A stretch of 64,000 nucleotides of DNA from the NCBI RefSeq assembly GCF_006345805.1, contig NC_043003.1, positions 3,162,001 to 3,226,000 on the forward strand. Direction: 5' to 3'. A model generated the notes under the pieces. That model was not told where the DNA came from, made no database searches, and was given only the letters and a program-made list of their open reading frames with translations. Made by a program: the position numbers and the translations under genes. This stretch comes from Octopus sinensis (taxonomy: Eukaryota). This document shows, piece by piece, positions 38,563 to 52,669 of this stretch. Numbering within the stretch: the stretch's first letter is position 1; every line of letters begins with the position of its first letter.

Positions 38563-39084
38563 AGTTCTTACAGAATCAAATGATTTGCAATATTTACATT
38601 TAATTCACGAGTTTTTTCTTAGTCTAAACATTATTAAAGCTGATTTTATTTGGCATTCCTCTAAGGTCGAAAAACTAACAACCATAAATATATCAAACCC
38701 GAAGTGATCGAATATATTCTTCCTTATAAATAAAGAAATACCAGGTCCCCTGCCTTCTTCCACGCTTCACATGTTTATCCGCTTGACAAAATAAATCTCA
38801 AATAAATTCTCTCATTTTATTATTAATTTAACCATATTAGATTCTTTTGATTTTTATCAATTTGTAAAGAATCGAAGAATCGCTATTTACTCAGAAAAAT
38901 CCCAAAGCTAAACCATTTCGTTTCTCCCAGACGAAGGAAGATCCATGTCTGAGACGCGACGAGGAATCTCTTCAGAACAAACTTATCCGAATTTACCAAC
39001 TTTGCTTAATAATTTAAATCGACACCCAACATCACCAGTTCTTCGAATTTGGCTCTTTTAATCCATACATGAAACGTGATTGCC

Positions 39085-39129
<45 letters not shown>

Positions 39130-39630
39130 ATATATATATTGGGTGGAGTTGGGGGAGTTTTGGGACAGTTATTCCTTGTTTAAAATAGTTTATTGTTAAT
39201 TAATAAAGGATACATTTCAAACCTTAAAAAAACCTATATTTTGAAATCCTTTTTATGGTATGAAATGGTCACTGTATTATTTTTGTCCGCAAATTGGTGA
39301 CACTATCCGTATACTGGCTGCGACGACACTAAACCTTCAAGAATTACGATACTTGGTGACAAATATCGCGACATTATTTCTCATATTTTGTTGGGTTGTG
39401 TTTTCGGGGAAATGTTTTGGCGTAAAAAAGAAATTCGGTGCCAAAAACAAAAGAACACAGAGATTTAAAAGATATTTTTATAGTTTAAATTGAAAAATGA
39501 AAATATTAATTAAAGAATTATTATTAATCATATTTCATATTCTTCGTTAAGTAAGGAAATATTTTTTTAATAAAAAATGTCTAATCTTCGAAAAACGTAA
39601 GAACAAAACGATGCAAAACTAAATAAATAC

Positions 39631-39802
39631 CTTGGATGTCGGTAAAAGAAAACAGAAATGGATTTGGTAATTCCTCAAGAATACAACATCAGAATTTGGT
39701 TAGATCAACTCTTACGGCAATGTTTTCTGGTCTCCGTTTCTTTGTCGAAGGCATTGTCTTCGGATTTGGTGTCGTGGTGTCACAAAGACACAATAAAAAC
39801 AT
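39631..39802 (-). other. Candidate upstream exon of the SOCS-box gene (5' UTR/uORF or recoded CDS)
   Basis: Acceptor ttgtttgttaattAG and donor AAG|GTATTT. Encodes MPSTKKRRPENIAVRVDLTKF*CCILEE... in frame with the next exon. Confidence 0.35.
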
Positions 39803-39839
39803 CTAATTAACAAACAATTAAGAAAATAAATTAATAAAC

Positions 39840-40170
39840 AATTAGCACAGTTCTCTCTCGCAGTGGATCCCTTTCGAATCGATTACCATTGTCTAACCAT
39901 ATTCGATCGACTAGTTACCGCTGACGGAATCGGTCAGCTTTTGTTCCTGACACATTATTTCTTTCGTCTTCATTCACTCAGTCGTTCCAATGTTTAGAGT
40001 CTCGCATGGAAATACCAAAGATTCACCACACAGACATGTCGTATCGAAGAATTTTGGAAAAGTTTGCTTCTGTATTTGTTAGTGGTCTTAATAAGTTGTT
40101 TCCCTTCTTGTAAATATTTTTTTACAAGACTTCATGGAATCGCAGACTTTCCGTGTTTTCTTTGAATGTC
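39840..40170. promoter_or_regulatory. CpG-rich unique region; candidate promoter/first exon of the SOCS-box gene
   Basis: CpG enrichment, non-repetitive, upstream of the minus-strand exons. Confidence 0.35.
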
Positions 40171-40269
40171 TATCTCACACTTTATATAAAATACAGTTTT
40201 TTACTTTATTTGCTCATTTAAACAATTTTTTTATTAAAAATACATACATTTATAAATCGCATTATAAAA

Positions 40270-40698
40270 TACGTTAATATATACAACACACGCACACAAA
40301 TATATATATATATATACACATATATATGTGTGTATATATATACACACGCATATATATATACATACATATATATATACATATATGTATATATATATATATA
40401 TACATATATGTATTATATATATATACATATATATATACATATATATGTATGTATATATATATGTATATATATGTATATATATGTGTATATATACATATAT
40501 ATACATACATACATATATATATATATACATACACACACATATATATATATATATATACATACACACACATATATATATATATATATACATACACACACAT
40601 ATATATATATATATACATACACACACATATATATATATACATACACACACATATATATATATATACATACACACATATATATATACATACACACACAC

Positions 40699-40729
<31 letters not shown>

Positions 40730-40842
40730 CATACACATATATATACATACATACACATATACATACATACATATATATATATACATATATACATATATAT
40801 TTATGTATATATATATATATATATGTATGTATATATATATAG
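40270..40842. repeat. Compound (TA/CA/TACA)n microsatellite
   Basis: Source of the many YI-rich ORFs. Confidence 0.95.
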
Positions 40843-41612
40843 TCTATCACATTGGTGACATCTATAAATTTGCCTTTCGGTTTTTAAATTGCTAATAAAC
40901 CACCCACATTATTGATTACACACGCACACACACAAAGGGTCATATAAGACCGGGAAATCAGTCTCTGTAGCATATTGGACGGGGCGTTTGGCCAATCATT
41001 TTTGCCAGCTGATGGACTGGATCGAAGTGAAATGAAGTGTATTGCTCAAGAACACAACACATCGCCCAGGAATCGAAACCATAAAGACGAGTGCAACACC
41101 CTAACCACTAAGCTACACACTTCTATAATATATCTTTTACTTGTTTCAGTCATTAGTCTGCGGCCATGTTGGAGCATTGCCTTGAAGAATTCTTTTATCG
41201 AATGAATCAACTCCAGTACCTCTTTTCTTAAAACCTGGTGTTTATTTTGTCGGTTTCTTTTACCGAACTGCTAGATTACGGGGACGTAAACAAAACAACA
41301 CCAGTTGTCAAACGGTAGTAGGGGACAAAGACAAAGACACGGCGGGCTTCTTTCAGTTTCTGTCTACCAAATACATTTGCAAGGCTTTAGTCGGCTTGAG
41401 GCTACAGTAGAAGACACATGCTCAATGTGCCACACAGTGAGACTGAACCCGGAGCAATGTGGTTGGGAAGCAAGCTTCTTACCACACACCCACGCCTGAA
41501 TACACACACACACACACACACATTTTATTGAAATAAAACATATTTACTCTACCTCTGGTATTTGAGTACGATTTTTTTTCCACTTTGTTTCACGTTTATG
41601 TGCTTACTCCGG

Positions 41613-43835
41613 TATCATCATCATCATCATCGTTTAACGTCCGTTCTCCATGCTAGCATGGGTTGGACGGTTCGACCGGGGTTCTGGGAAGCCAGAAGGC
41701 TGCACCAGGCTCCAGTCTTATCTGGCAGTGTTTCTACAGCTGGATGCCCTTCCTAACGCCAACCACTCCGTGAGTGTAGTGGGTGCTTTTTACGTGCCAC
41801 CTGCACAGGTGCCAGGTGAGGCTGGCAACGGCCACGGTCAGATTGGTGTATTTTATGTGCCACCGGCACGGAAGCCAGTCGAGGCGGTGCTGGCATCGGC
41901 CACGAGTCGGATAGTGCTTTTTACGTATCACCAGACCAGGGATCCTGGCTGGTTCAATTCGATTTCGATTTCGCTTGCCCCAACATGTCTTCACAAGCAA
42001 AGGGGGTTGGCATGGGTGCCTGTCGTACGGTCGCATTGGAGTATTTTACGTGCCACGGCCACGAGTCGGATAGTGCTTTTTACGTACCACCAGACCAGGG
42101 ATCCTGGCTGGTTCAATTCGGTTTCGATTTCGCTTGCCCCAATATGTCTTCGCAAGCAGGGGGGGTTGGCATGGGTGTCTGTCGTCGGATGAGGTTCTAT
42201 ATCGACTTCGCTTGCCTCAACAGGTCTTTGTGTCCAAGGGAGGAAAGGCATTCATAAGTGGGCTGGGCTCACTTGTCCTGCCTGGTCCTCTCACGTACAG
42301 AATATTTCCAAAGGTCTCGGTCGCTGGTCATTTCCTCAGTGAGGCCTAAAGTTCGAAGGTCGTGCTTCACCACCTCGTCCCAGGTTTTCCTGGGTCTACC
42401 TCTTCCACGGGTTCCCTCAACTGCTAGGGATTGGCACTTTCTCACACACCTATCTTCATCCATTCTCGCCACATGACCATACCAGCGCAATCATCTCTCT
42501 TGCACGCAACAACTGATGCTTCTTAGGTACAACATTTCTCTCAAGGTGCTAACGCTCTGTCGAGTATGTACACTGACATTACACATCCATCGGAGCATAC
42601 TGGCTTCATTCCTCACAAGCTTACGCATGTCCTCAGCAGTCACGGCCCATGTCTCGCTGCCATGTAGCATGGCTGTTCGTACACACGCATCATACAGTCT
42701 GCCTTTTACTCTGAGCGAGAGGCCTTTAGTCACCAGCAGAGGTAAGAGCTCCCTAAACTTTGCCCAGGCTATTCTTATTCTAGCAGTTACACTTTCAGCG
42801 CACCCGCCCCCACTACTGACTTGGTCACCTAGATAACGGAAGCTATCAACTACTTCTAGTTTTTCCCCCTGGAAAGTGACGGAAGTTGTTTTCTGCAGAT
42901 TTTCGGAGGTTAATGCTCCCGAGCATCTGCCACATACAAAAACTATCATCCCAGTTAGCCTACCTTTGACATTGCTGCACCTCTTATGTGTCCATAGCTT
43001 ACACTGGGTACATCTTATAGAGTTTCTACCTACACCTTTTCTACAGATCGAGCAGGGCCATCTTCCTGAAGACATTTGTGGATTGTCTACCTTCCTACTT
43101 ATTAGTACTTTGGTTTTAGCTAGGTTGACTCTAAGGCCCCTTGATTCTAAACCCTCCTTCCACACCTGGAACTTCTCCTCCAGTTCTGATAGTGACTCAG
43201 CAATAAGAGCAAGGTCGTCAGCGTAGAGGAGCTCCCAGGGACAGCCTGTCTTGAATTCCTCCGTAATTGCCTGGAGTACTATGATAAATAGGAGGGGGCT
43301 GAGTACTGAACCCTGGTGGACCCCAACCTCTACTTTGAATTCTTCTGTGTACATGTTGCCAACCCTAACCTTACTTACGGCATCTCTGTACATGGCTTGC
43401 ACAGTCCTCACCAGCCATTCATCTATCCCTAGTTTCCTCATTGACCACCAGATAAGGGATCGGTGGACCCTATCAAAAGCTTTCTCCATGTCAACGAAAG
43501 CCAGGTACAGGGGCTTATCTTTGGCTAGGTATTTTTCCTGCAGCTGCCTTACCAGGAATATAGCATCAGTGGTACTTTTCCCTGGCACGAACCCAAACTG
43601 CATCTCATCTAAACTAACTCTCTCTCTAATTAGTTGGGCTATGACCCTCTCCGTAACCTTCATCACTTGATCCAACAGCTTGATACCTCTGTAATTATTT
43701 GTATCTAGGGCATCACCTTTACCTTTGTAGCAGTTGACTAGTATGCTGCTGCACCAGTCATTGGGTATGACTCCTTCGTGTATCACCTGGTTGACTATAC
43801 GGGTGACTAGGTTATAGCCGACACTGCCAGATATT
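41613..43835 (-). mobile_element. 5'-truncated RTE-clade LINE with near-intact RT and full 3' UTR
   Basis: NYRGIKLL, QFGFVPGKSTTDAIF, FVDMEKAFDRV, GVHQGSVLSPLLF, LLYADDLALI, FRYLGD. One CGA-to-TGA stop at 42491. The 3' UTR ends in CCATGCTAGCATGG...(ATG)n. Confidence 0.95.
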
Positions 43836-43836
43836 T

Positions 43837-43915
<79 letters not shown>

Positions 43916-43954
43916 TATATACAGGTATATATATATATATATATATATATATCT

Positions 43955-44974
43955 GGGACGTAGTCAGTCCACCTGTGCATACCTTCCTCCTTGTGATACT
44001 TGTGAAGGCCTGTTGAAGCAAGTGAAAATCAAAGGCCTGTTGAGGCAAGTGAAAATCAAAATCAAAATCAAATCAAAACAAATCAAAATAGATGAACATC
44101 AATGGAATTTGTATCTTTGTGGTACCAGTGCCGGTGGCACACAAGAGAAAACCATCCGAAAGTGGCCGTAGCCAGTACCGCATCGACTGGCCTCCGTTCT
44201 GTGGGCACATGACAAACACCATCCGATCGTGGCCGTTCGCCAGCCTCATCTAGCACCTGTGTCGGTGGCACATAAAAACACCATCCGAAGACCCGGCAAG
44301 ACTAGTCAGGCCATAACCCATGGCCCCTACCTGGGACGTAGTCAGTCCACCTGTGCATACCTTCCTTCTTGTGACACTTGTGAAGACCTGTTGAGGCAAG
44401 TGAAAATCAAATCAAAACAAATCAAAATAGATGAACATCAATGGAATTTGTATCTTTGTGGTACCAGTGCCGGTGGCACGTGCCACATAAGAAAACCATC
44501 CGAACGTGGCCGTAGCCAGTACCGCATCGACTGGCCTCCGTGCTGGGGCACGTAACAAGCACCATCCGATCGTGGCCGTTTGCCAGCCTCATCTGGCACC
44601 TGTGTCGGTGGCACATAAAAACACCATCCGAGCGTGGCCGTCTGCCAGCCTCGTCTGGCACCTGTGTCGGTGGCACATAAAAAAACCATCCGAGCGTGGC
44701 CGTCTGCCAGCCTCGTCTGGCACCTGTGTCGGTGGCACATAAAAAAACCATCCGAGCGTGGCCGTTTGTCAGCCTCGTCTGGCACCTGTGTCGGTGGCAC
44801 ATAAAATCACCCACTACACTCTCGGAGTGGTTGGCGTTAGGAAGGGCATCCAGCTGTAGAAACACTGCCAGATCTGACTGGACTGGTGCAGCTTTCGGGC
44901 TCCCCAGACCCCAGGTGAACCGTCCAACCCATGCTAGCATGGAAAGCGGACGTTAAATGATGATGATGATGATG

Positions 44975-44975
<1 letters not shown>
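43955..44975 (+). mobile_element. RTE 3' UTR with internal tandem duplications
   Basis: About 375-bp direct duplication plus roughly four copies of a 60-bp unit (44560-44800), ending in an (ATG)n tail. About 20 shorter copies of this tail are scattered through the window. Confidence 0.8.
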
Positions 44976-45035
<60 letters not shown>

Positions 45036-45082
45036 CATTATATATACAGGTATATATATATATATATATATATACAGGTATA

Positions 45083-45142
<60 letters not shown>

Positions 45143-45659
45143 CGCAGGAGTGGCTGTGTGGTAAGTAGCTTGTTTACCAACCACATGGTTCTGGGTTCAG
45201 TCCCACTGCATGGCACCTTGGGCAAGTGTCTTCTACTATAGCCTCGGCCCGACCAAAGCCTTGTGAGTGGATTTGGTAGACGGAAACTGAAAGAAGCCTG
45301 TCGTACATATGTATATATATATATATGTGTGTGTGTTTGTGTGTCCGTGTTTGTCCCCCTAGCATTGCTTGACAACCGATGCTGGTGTGTTTATGTCTCC
45401 GTCACTTAGCGGTTCGGCAAAATAGACCGATAGAATAAGTACTGGGCTTACAAAGAATAAGTGCCGGGGTCGAGTTGCTCGATTAAAGGCAGTGCTCCAG
45501 CATGGCCGCAGTCAAATGATTGAAACAATTAAAAGAGTATATATATATGTACGTAAATATATATATATATTTATATACATATATATATATATATGTATGT
45601 ATATATAAATACATATATATATGTATGTATATATATATATATGTGTGTATAGATATATG

Positions 45660-45693
<34 letters not shown>

Positions 45694-46216
45694 TATACAA
45701 TGGTGAATCATATCACTTATGTAATCATTCCTAACCATTTTCTGGTGTCTTACATGTTGACATGCCTTGGTTTTTAATCCGTAGAAATGAAGTTTATGTG
45801 TGCTTGTGTGTGTGTTTATTCTTTTATTTGTTTCAGTCATTTGACTGTGGCCATGCTGGAGCACTGTCTTCATTCGAACAAACTGACCCCAGGACTTATT
45901 CATTGTAAGCCTAGTACTTAATCTATTGGATCTCTTTTGCTGAACTGCTAAGTTATGGGGACATAAACACACCTGCATTGGTTGTCAAGCGATGGTGGGG
46001 TAGGGACAGACACACAAACATGTACATATCTATATACACAACGGGCTTCTTTCAGTTTCCGTTTACAAAATCCACTCACGAGGCTTAGGTCAGCCCGAGG
46101 TTATAGTAGAAGACACTTGCCCAAGGTACCATGCAGTGGGACTGAACCTGGAACCATGTGGTTGGGAAGCAAGCATCTTACCACACAGCCACTCCTGCAC
46201 CTTTGTGTGTATAAAT

Positions 46217-46261
<45 letters not shown>

Positions 46262-46269
<8 letters not shown>

Positions 46270-46541
46270 AAGTTGGAAATTCGAAGGTTGTGGTCAATGA
46301 AGAGAGCAGATGTGATGCCAAGAGTAATTGGTGCAGTTTGGAAGTATCAGCACTCAACTACAAACATGGCTGAAATGTAAAGGTAGAACACCTACAAAAA
46401 CCAGCATTCCTTGGAACTGCAAGAATTCTATGCAGGATTCTTGAAGCATGACCAGTAAACAAGTGTCACCTTAGTCTGCTGCCTGTGGACAGCTGACCCT
46501 TTCCATCATACCCAGCAAAATAAACTGTGAGTTTTCATCAC

Positions 46542-46580
<39 letters not shown>
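46262..46580 (+). mobile_element. 3' end of an RLE-type non-LTR retrotransposon with an (AAT)n tail
   Basis: DLKLEIRRLW...VMP.VIGA and HLQKTAFLGTARIL, the restriction-like endonuclease C-terminus. Confidence 0.7.
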
Positions 46581-47059
46581 TTACATTTATGTATTTGTTT
46601 TGCAAGATTCTTGATGTGAACTAGTGTATTGAAACAGATATTGTTGTATTTGGGTGGGATGGTCATGTTGCCAGTTTAGCCAATGAAAACACACGCACTA
46701 TTTATTTGGTGTTTGCTTGATTCAGCTTTATTTCATATTAATTGTATTTCAGCCAGAGTTCTTTCATCACACTTCTGTGACCTCATCAGTGGTCCTTTGC
46801 TTTCTTCTTTCGTTTTTGTGTCTTTCCTTCCTAACGATCTGACATTTTGTATTCCTGTTGTAAATGTCTTTATTTGCACATGCGTATATCTGTGTGGGGG
46901 GGGGGGTGTATGGTACCTGCATTATCAGTATCCCCTGTTTATTCATGTTTGTTTTTATCTACTTACTTTTTCTTTTTTTTATTAGTTTATCATATTTTGT
47001 TTATGTTTTTAATTACTTAATTCCATTCATTTATCTATCTGTTGTATTAGTTTCTTATT

Positions 47060-47535
47060 ATCATTAGTTTATGGGGATCTTATTCTGTCATCAGGTTCTG
47101 GTGTGGGGTGCTAGTGTTCCATTTTAGTTTTCTATTTAGGTTAGGTTTATCTTCTATTATGTGTGTAGTTTCCATAATTTGTCTAAGCGTTGCATCCGTT
47201 CTGTGTGTGGACAAGATTTTTACTTTTATGTTGTTGAGTGAGCCCCTGTTTTCCCACTCATTGTGTTGGCATAGTACTGACAAGCTCTTCTCTTCTTTGA
47301 GTTCCCTCCAATGCTCATTAACTCGCACTTCTACACTACATGCTGTCTCCCCTATGTATGTCATTGTCTTGTTTCGGCACTGTCCCTCTGTACATCTTAT
47401 CCTGTAGACTACATTCCTAGCTTTACAGTATGTTAATAGGCTAACTCTACATACAATACCGTTCCTATTGGAGCAGGGGTTTCTTTTAATGGAACCCCCT
47501 GTACTTGTTATATAACCTTTAGAAACATACATAAA
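47060..47535 (-). mobile_element. Penelope-like GIY-YIG 3' fragment
   Basis: C...RNVVYRIRC...C...YIGET...R..EH ... KP.LN pattern. Confidence 0.85.
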
Positions 47536-47632
47536 TGCATGTGAAATATCAGTTGACTTTATTATTCAAATCCCCCTCTCTATCCCTCTCTCTCTCTCCA
47601 TCTATCTATCCATCTTACGTACGTACGTACAT

Positions 47633-47712
<80 letters not shown>

Positions 47713-48826
47713 ACATACATACATACATACATACATACATACACACATACTGTGTTTGGACTGGGATATTGCCATCATTGCTGTTGTCGTGCTTCTGTTG
47801 AAATTAAGGAGTTTCATATTGTAGCCGTGTGGGAACTTTGACAAAATCTCTTAACATTAAAATTTACAATGAAAACACAAACCAACAAAATTCACACAAT
47901 ATTATTTACTATTTATTGAAAGGTGCTCTGGTGAAATACATATAAAAACAAGACATCCAGTTAAGAATTAACAAACTGCTGTTCAGCATTTACATAAGAA
48001 CAATAAAATAGAAAATTTATGGTTTATCTAATTGTTTTTGAAATCTAATATTGTTATAGGGTTTTAAACAATAAGCAAAAAGCCAGCATATAGGGAAGAC
48101 AAACATGTAAGCATGTTAGCACTCTCAGAAATGGTACTTTGGGAGCAACAGCAGAATGTGTGACTAAATGTATTTTAATGTTTTGTTTCTATCTTTCATT
48201 TTAATTGTCTTGGCACGTCCACTTTAAGTGACACTGAGGTTAATAAAAGAAGGATGAAGAATACTCAAAAACAGAGATGGTACATTTTATTCTTCTCGCC
48301 ATACAGCGATATTCATCCTCATCATCATCATCATTTAGCGTCTGCTTTCCATGCTAGCATGGGTTGGACGGTTCAACTGGGGTCTGTGAAGCCAGAAGGC
48401 TGCATCAGGCCCAGTCTGATCTGGCAGTGTTTCTACGGCTGGATGCCCTTCCTAACGCCAACCACTCCGTGAGTGTAGTGGGTGCTTTTTATGTGCCACC
48501 CGCACAGGTGCCAGACGGAGCTGGCAAACGGCCACGGACGGATGGTGCTTTTTACGTGCTACCGGTGAGAATAAAGAATTTTATATTGAACGGCTTGAAA
48601 ATAAAGGACAATATTTTATTTTGTGATCTGGTAAGGGAAACTACTGAAGTAGGAAAAGATCAGGTTAATAAAATGAAATAAAAATAATGTTCAGCAGTTC
48701 TCGATTAAATTCGGTTACGAAAAGAACCTGGAAGAATGTTTCTTCGTTAAAACTAAAAGCTGAGCTAACTATGAAGAAGTATCTTCATATGCGATATTTG
48801 AATTATTTCAATGAAAATTGAATGTA

Positions 48827-49708
48827 CACAGACATGCAGGAAGTAAACAGACACCTTTAATTTTCAAAATTTCTGATCTAAGCGTCTTATTATGTTTTCA
48901 GCAGTGTAGAATTTACAATGTAATTATTCTTTTTCATTCCAGGTACCATCATATTAAACATTTGCAAAGAGTATCCATGCCACACACAAAAAACCAGCAG
49001 AACTGTCAGATTTTCAAAGAGGTTGTATTGTTGGGCAATCTGAGGCTGGCGAAAAATTACTGAAAATCTTCAAATTCCTCTTGCTACTGTTAATAGAATT
49101 ATAATGCAATTCAAAAGCCAAGGAAAAGCATCAACAGATTCTCTTCCCGGCTGACCTGGGCCCTCGGAAAGGAAGCTTCGCTGTTTGAAGAGAATTGTAG
49201 AAAATGAACCCCGTTCAAAGGTTTCTGACATTGCAAAACAGCCAGAAGTTAGTCCAAGAATGTGTGTTACATATCTACATAAGCTTGTGGACGAGCAGCT
49301 AGAAGAAAAGCTCTCCTTCAACCAAGTAATATCAAATAAAAGGGCATGTAAAAAGCACCATTTGAGCATGATCGTTACCAACGTCGCCTTACTGGCACTT
49401 GTGTAGGTGGCACGTAAAAAACACCATTTGAGCCCTGGTTGTTGCCAGTACCGCCAGACTGGCCCTCGTGCCAGTGGCATGTAAAAGCACCCACTATACT
49501 CTTGGAGTGGTTGGCATTTGGAAGGGCATCTAGCTGTAGAAACTCTGCCAGATCAGATTGGATCCTGGTGCAGCCATTTGGTTCGCCAGACCTCAGTCAA
49601 ATCGTCCAATCCATGCTAGCATGGAAAGCAGACATTAAATGATGATGATGATGATGATGAAAAGATTTTGAAAATTAAAGGTGTCTATTTACTTCCTGCA
49701 TGTCTTTG
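48827..49708 (+). mobile_element. Tc1-like transposon remnant with an inserted RTE tail
   Basis: TIRs cacagacatgcaggaagtaaacagacacctttaattttcaaaa and their complement at 49660-49708. N-terminal ELSDFQRG.IVG and GRP-type HTH sequence. Confidence 0.8.
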
Positions 49709-52669
49709 TCCATTTAACTTTCTGGCATCGTTGGAATTAATTCAGCGATATGGTTATAAAAGAACCAATGGACTTGATGAATCCCAACACATATTCAGAC
49801 CAAAAAGCTTGGAGGTGTTGTGAACGATGGCATTGTCAGAAAATATTAGGCAAAATTGTTTCTTCTCTGGATCTTAAATCTCATTCTCTTGCATTGTAGA
49901 TCAACTGTTGACTGTAAACAATATGCTATTGTGAAGCAGGCTGATGTCGTTAGAGAAGCAATATTTGATTGGAAAAACTAATTTAGAGCTCTGAGTGCTG
50001 TGTGGTATAACGACCATCCACTCATACTAATGGTCAACTGAAACTGTTTACATAATTTGTTAAATGCCTTCGACAGTGCCATCCTCTTCAATTTGTATAT
50101 GTTAGTTTATTAGTAGACAAACTACTACAGAATAATTAAAACAACTTTGCAAAATACTGGATTTTACGATTACCGTTTTGTTACAAAAGGTTTGGGGTCT
50201 TTAATTTGGCTGCCAGTCTTCAGCCTCTTCAATTCCTCCTTGAATTGATTTCATATTTGGGGCAATGATATGGTTTTATATGCTAATCTCTGCTTTGAAA
50301 TTCATTTTCGCAATAAGTCAATAAATAAGAAGTTCTTATCCTTTAAAGTTTGAAAATTTGGGGTAATTTTAGCCAATCATAAGCCACAGATACATTCATG
50401 CTTGTTTCCATAGTAACAAGCCAAGCATGAGAACTCTTTTGTCTGCAAGATAGCACATATTGACAAATATTTTAGCACCTCATTGAAGTGCTAAGATAAT
50501 AACCAAATAGGTGTTCAATCACTCATCAAAAAATGTTTTGTTTTGTCTTTGGATGATTGTGTGAATTCCCATGAGTAGAATACAAATTTGAAAAGTTCTC
50601 TGAAAATTCCAGAAAATAAAAAAGTTATGAGGAGTTCTAAGGCGTTTGTAGAGCAGAAGTTGATTTGTCAACAGTTGACAACATGTTCTGTCGCGTGCAA
50701 AATGATAGCTCCTGAATAAAAGACAGGATGGACACAGATGGAACGTCTTTGATCATGGGTCTACTGGATCAGAACCAACCTGGGACTAAACAGCAATAAC
50801 AAGGAAGGACACATTAGATCACGTAGTCCTAGATACACTATGTCTGAATAAAAGACAAGATTGTCATAGTTGAGACAGCTTTCATCATGGTCAGCCCTGC
50901 TGGATCAGGACTGACCTTGGGCTAAACAAGAAGAAGGAAGGACATATTAGAAAGTGAAATATCTCCTGAGAATCAGCATGGAAAACTACATTAACGTACC
51001 AAATTTTCAAATTTTCAAATTTTCAAAATTTGGCAGCCAAACTGAAGAGATCCAAGGTTCGTATTACTTTTATTCCAAAAAAAACAATTCTTCCACACTG
51101 CTCAAGTTTCCGGTAAATGATGATCTCTGCTGACTTTTGTAGTTTCAGGTTCCAAATCACAAAACACATGCTCACCCATTTGCAGGGCAATTTGGTCCAG
51201 AAATACCTTCTAGAAGCTCCCTGTATGGCTTCGTATATGCACTATATCTCTGTGTTTATGATTTACCAGTGTCTGAGTCGTGCTCCTTATGTGAAAGCGA
51301 AACTTAGCAATTCAGCAAACAGCAAATGATAGAATAAGTGCCAAGCTGGAATATTGGATTGACAAGATAGAGAAAGTGTCTTGATGGTGGTGCCCCAGCA
51401 TGGCCTAAACGCAATGAGTGAAACAAGTAAATGAATATTTTTAAGGTTTAGACAAGTGATGAAATTTATAAGCATTTATTGCAGTGGACGATGTTTACTG
51501 ATAATGGTCAACAGAATCAACAATTGGTAATAATAGACAAATGGTCAAAATAGTCGTGTTATAGTTGGTTTTCATCTTTGACTTTTCTTCTGGTGGGAAA
51601 TTGTATTTTTCCCCTCAATGCTGCATGCTGTTGTCATTTTAACTTTAAACATGGTTCAATTTGATCCCTGTAAGTCAAATAATAGCCAGCGATCAGCACA
51701 GACAAACATAATGTCGCCCAAAACTTCCCAAATCTATCAATCATCATCTGTGGAAAGAATTTATAAAACAAAAAATTTAACCACACTCAACTACTTCAAT
51801 GCTATGATTATCTTGTAGAAACAGATAAAATTTTAAACACAGTATATTAATATATAATCAGTACCAAGGTGGGAAGCTGACAGAAATGCTAGCATGTTGG
51901 GTGAAATGCTTAGTGGTATTTTGTTTGGCGGCAAGCTGGCAGAATTGTTAGCATACCGGCCAAAATGCTTAGTGGTTTTTCATCTGCCGTTACGTTCTGA
52001 GTTCAAATTCCGCTGAGGTCAACTTTGCCTTTCATCCTTTCAGGGTCGATAAATTAAGTACCAGTTACACACTGGGGTCGATGTAATTGACTTAATACCT
52101 TTGTCTGTCCTTGTTTGTCCCCTCTATGTTTAGTCCCTTGTGGGTAAAGAAATAGGTATTTTGTTTGTCTTTACATTCTGAGTTCAAATTCCGTCAAGGT
52201 CAACTTTAAATTTCATCCTTATGGGGTCGATAAATTAAGTACCAGTTGCGTACTGGGGTTGATCTAATTGACTGGCCCCCTCCCCCAAAATTTTGGGCCT
52301 TGTGCCTTGAGTAGAAAAGAACATATAATTAATACCTTCTGCACTAATGTTTCTTAAATATATCGAACAAATAATCAACAGACGCAGAAGTGGCTGTGTA
52401 GTAAGAAGCTTGCTTTCCAACCACATGGTTCCAGGTTCAGTCCCACTGCATGGTACCTAGAGCAAGTGTCTTCTACTATAACCTCGCACTGACCAAAGCC
52501 TCGTGAGTGAACTTGGTAGATGGAAACATGTATGTATGTATGTATGTATTTGCATGTCTGTGTTTGTCCCCCACCATCGCTTGACAACCACTGTTGGTGT
52601 GTTCATGTCCCTGTAACCTAGCAGTTCAGCAAAAGAGACTGATAGAATGAGTACTAGGCTTGTGACTTT

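Noticed and set aside
38492-38707. Plus-strand 71-aa ORF with a plausible acceptor at 38510
   Set aside because: No recognisable domain and a weak donor. The minus-strand exon fits the phase of the SOCS-box gene better, though this is not excluded.
44560-44800. CRISPR-like appearance of the 60-bp, 36-bp and 19-bp arrays
   Set aside because: They are contiguous tandem repeats without unique spacers, in eukaryotic transposon context, with no cas genes.
47070-47100. CTGATGA just after the PLE endonuclease ORF (47094-47088)
   Set aside because: No intact GAAA or helix II follows; at most a decayed hammerhead.
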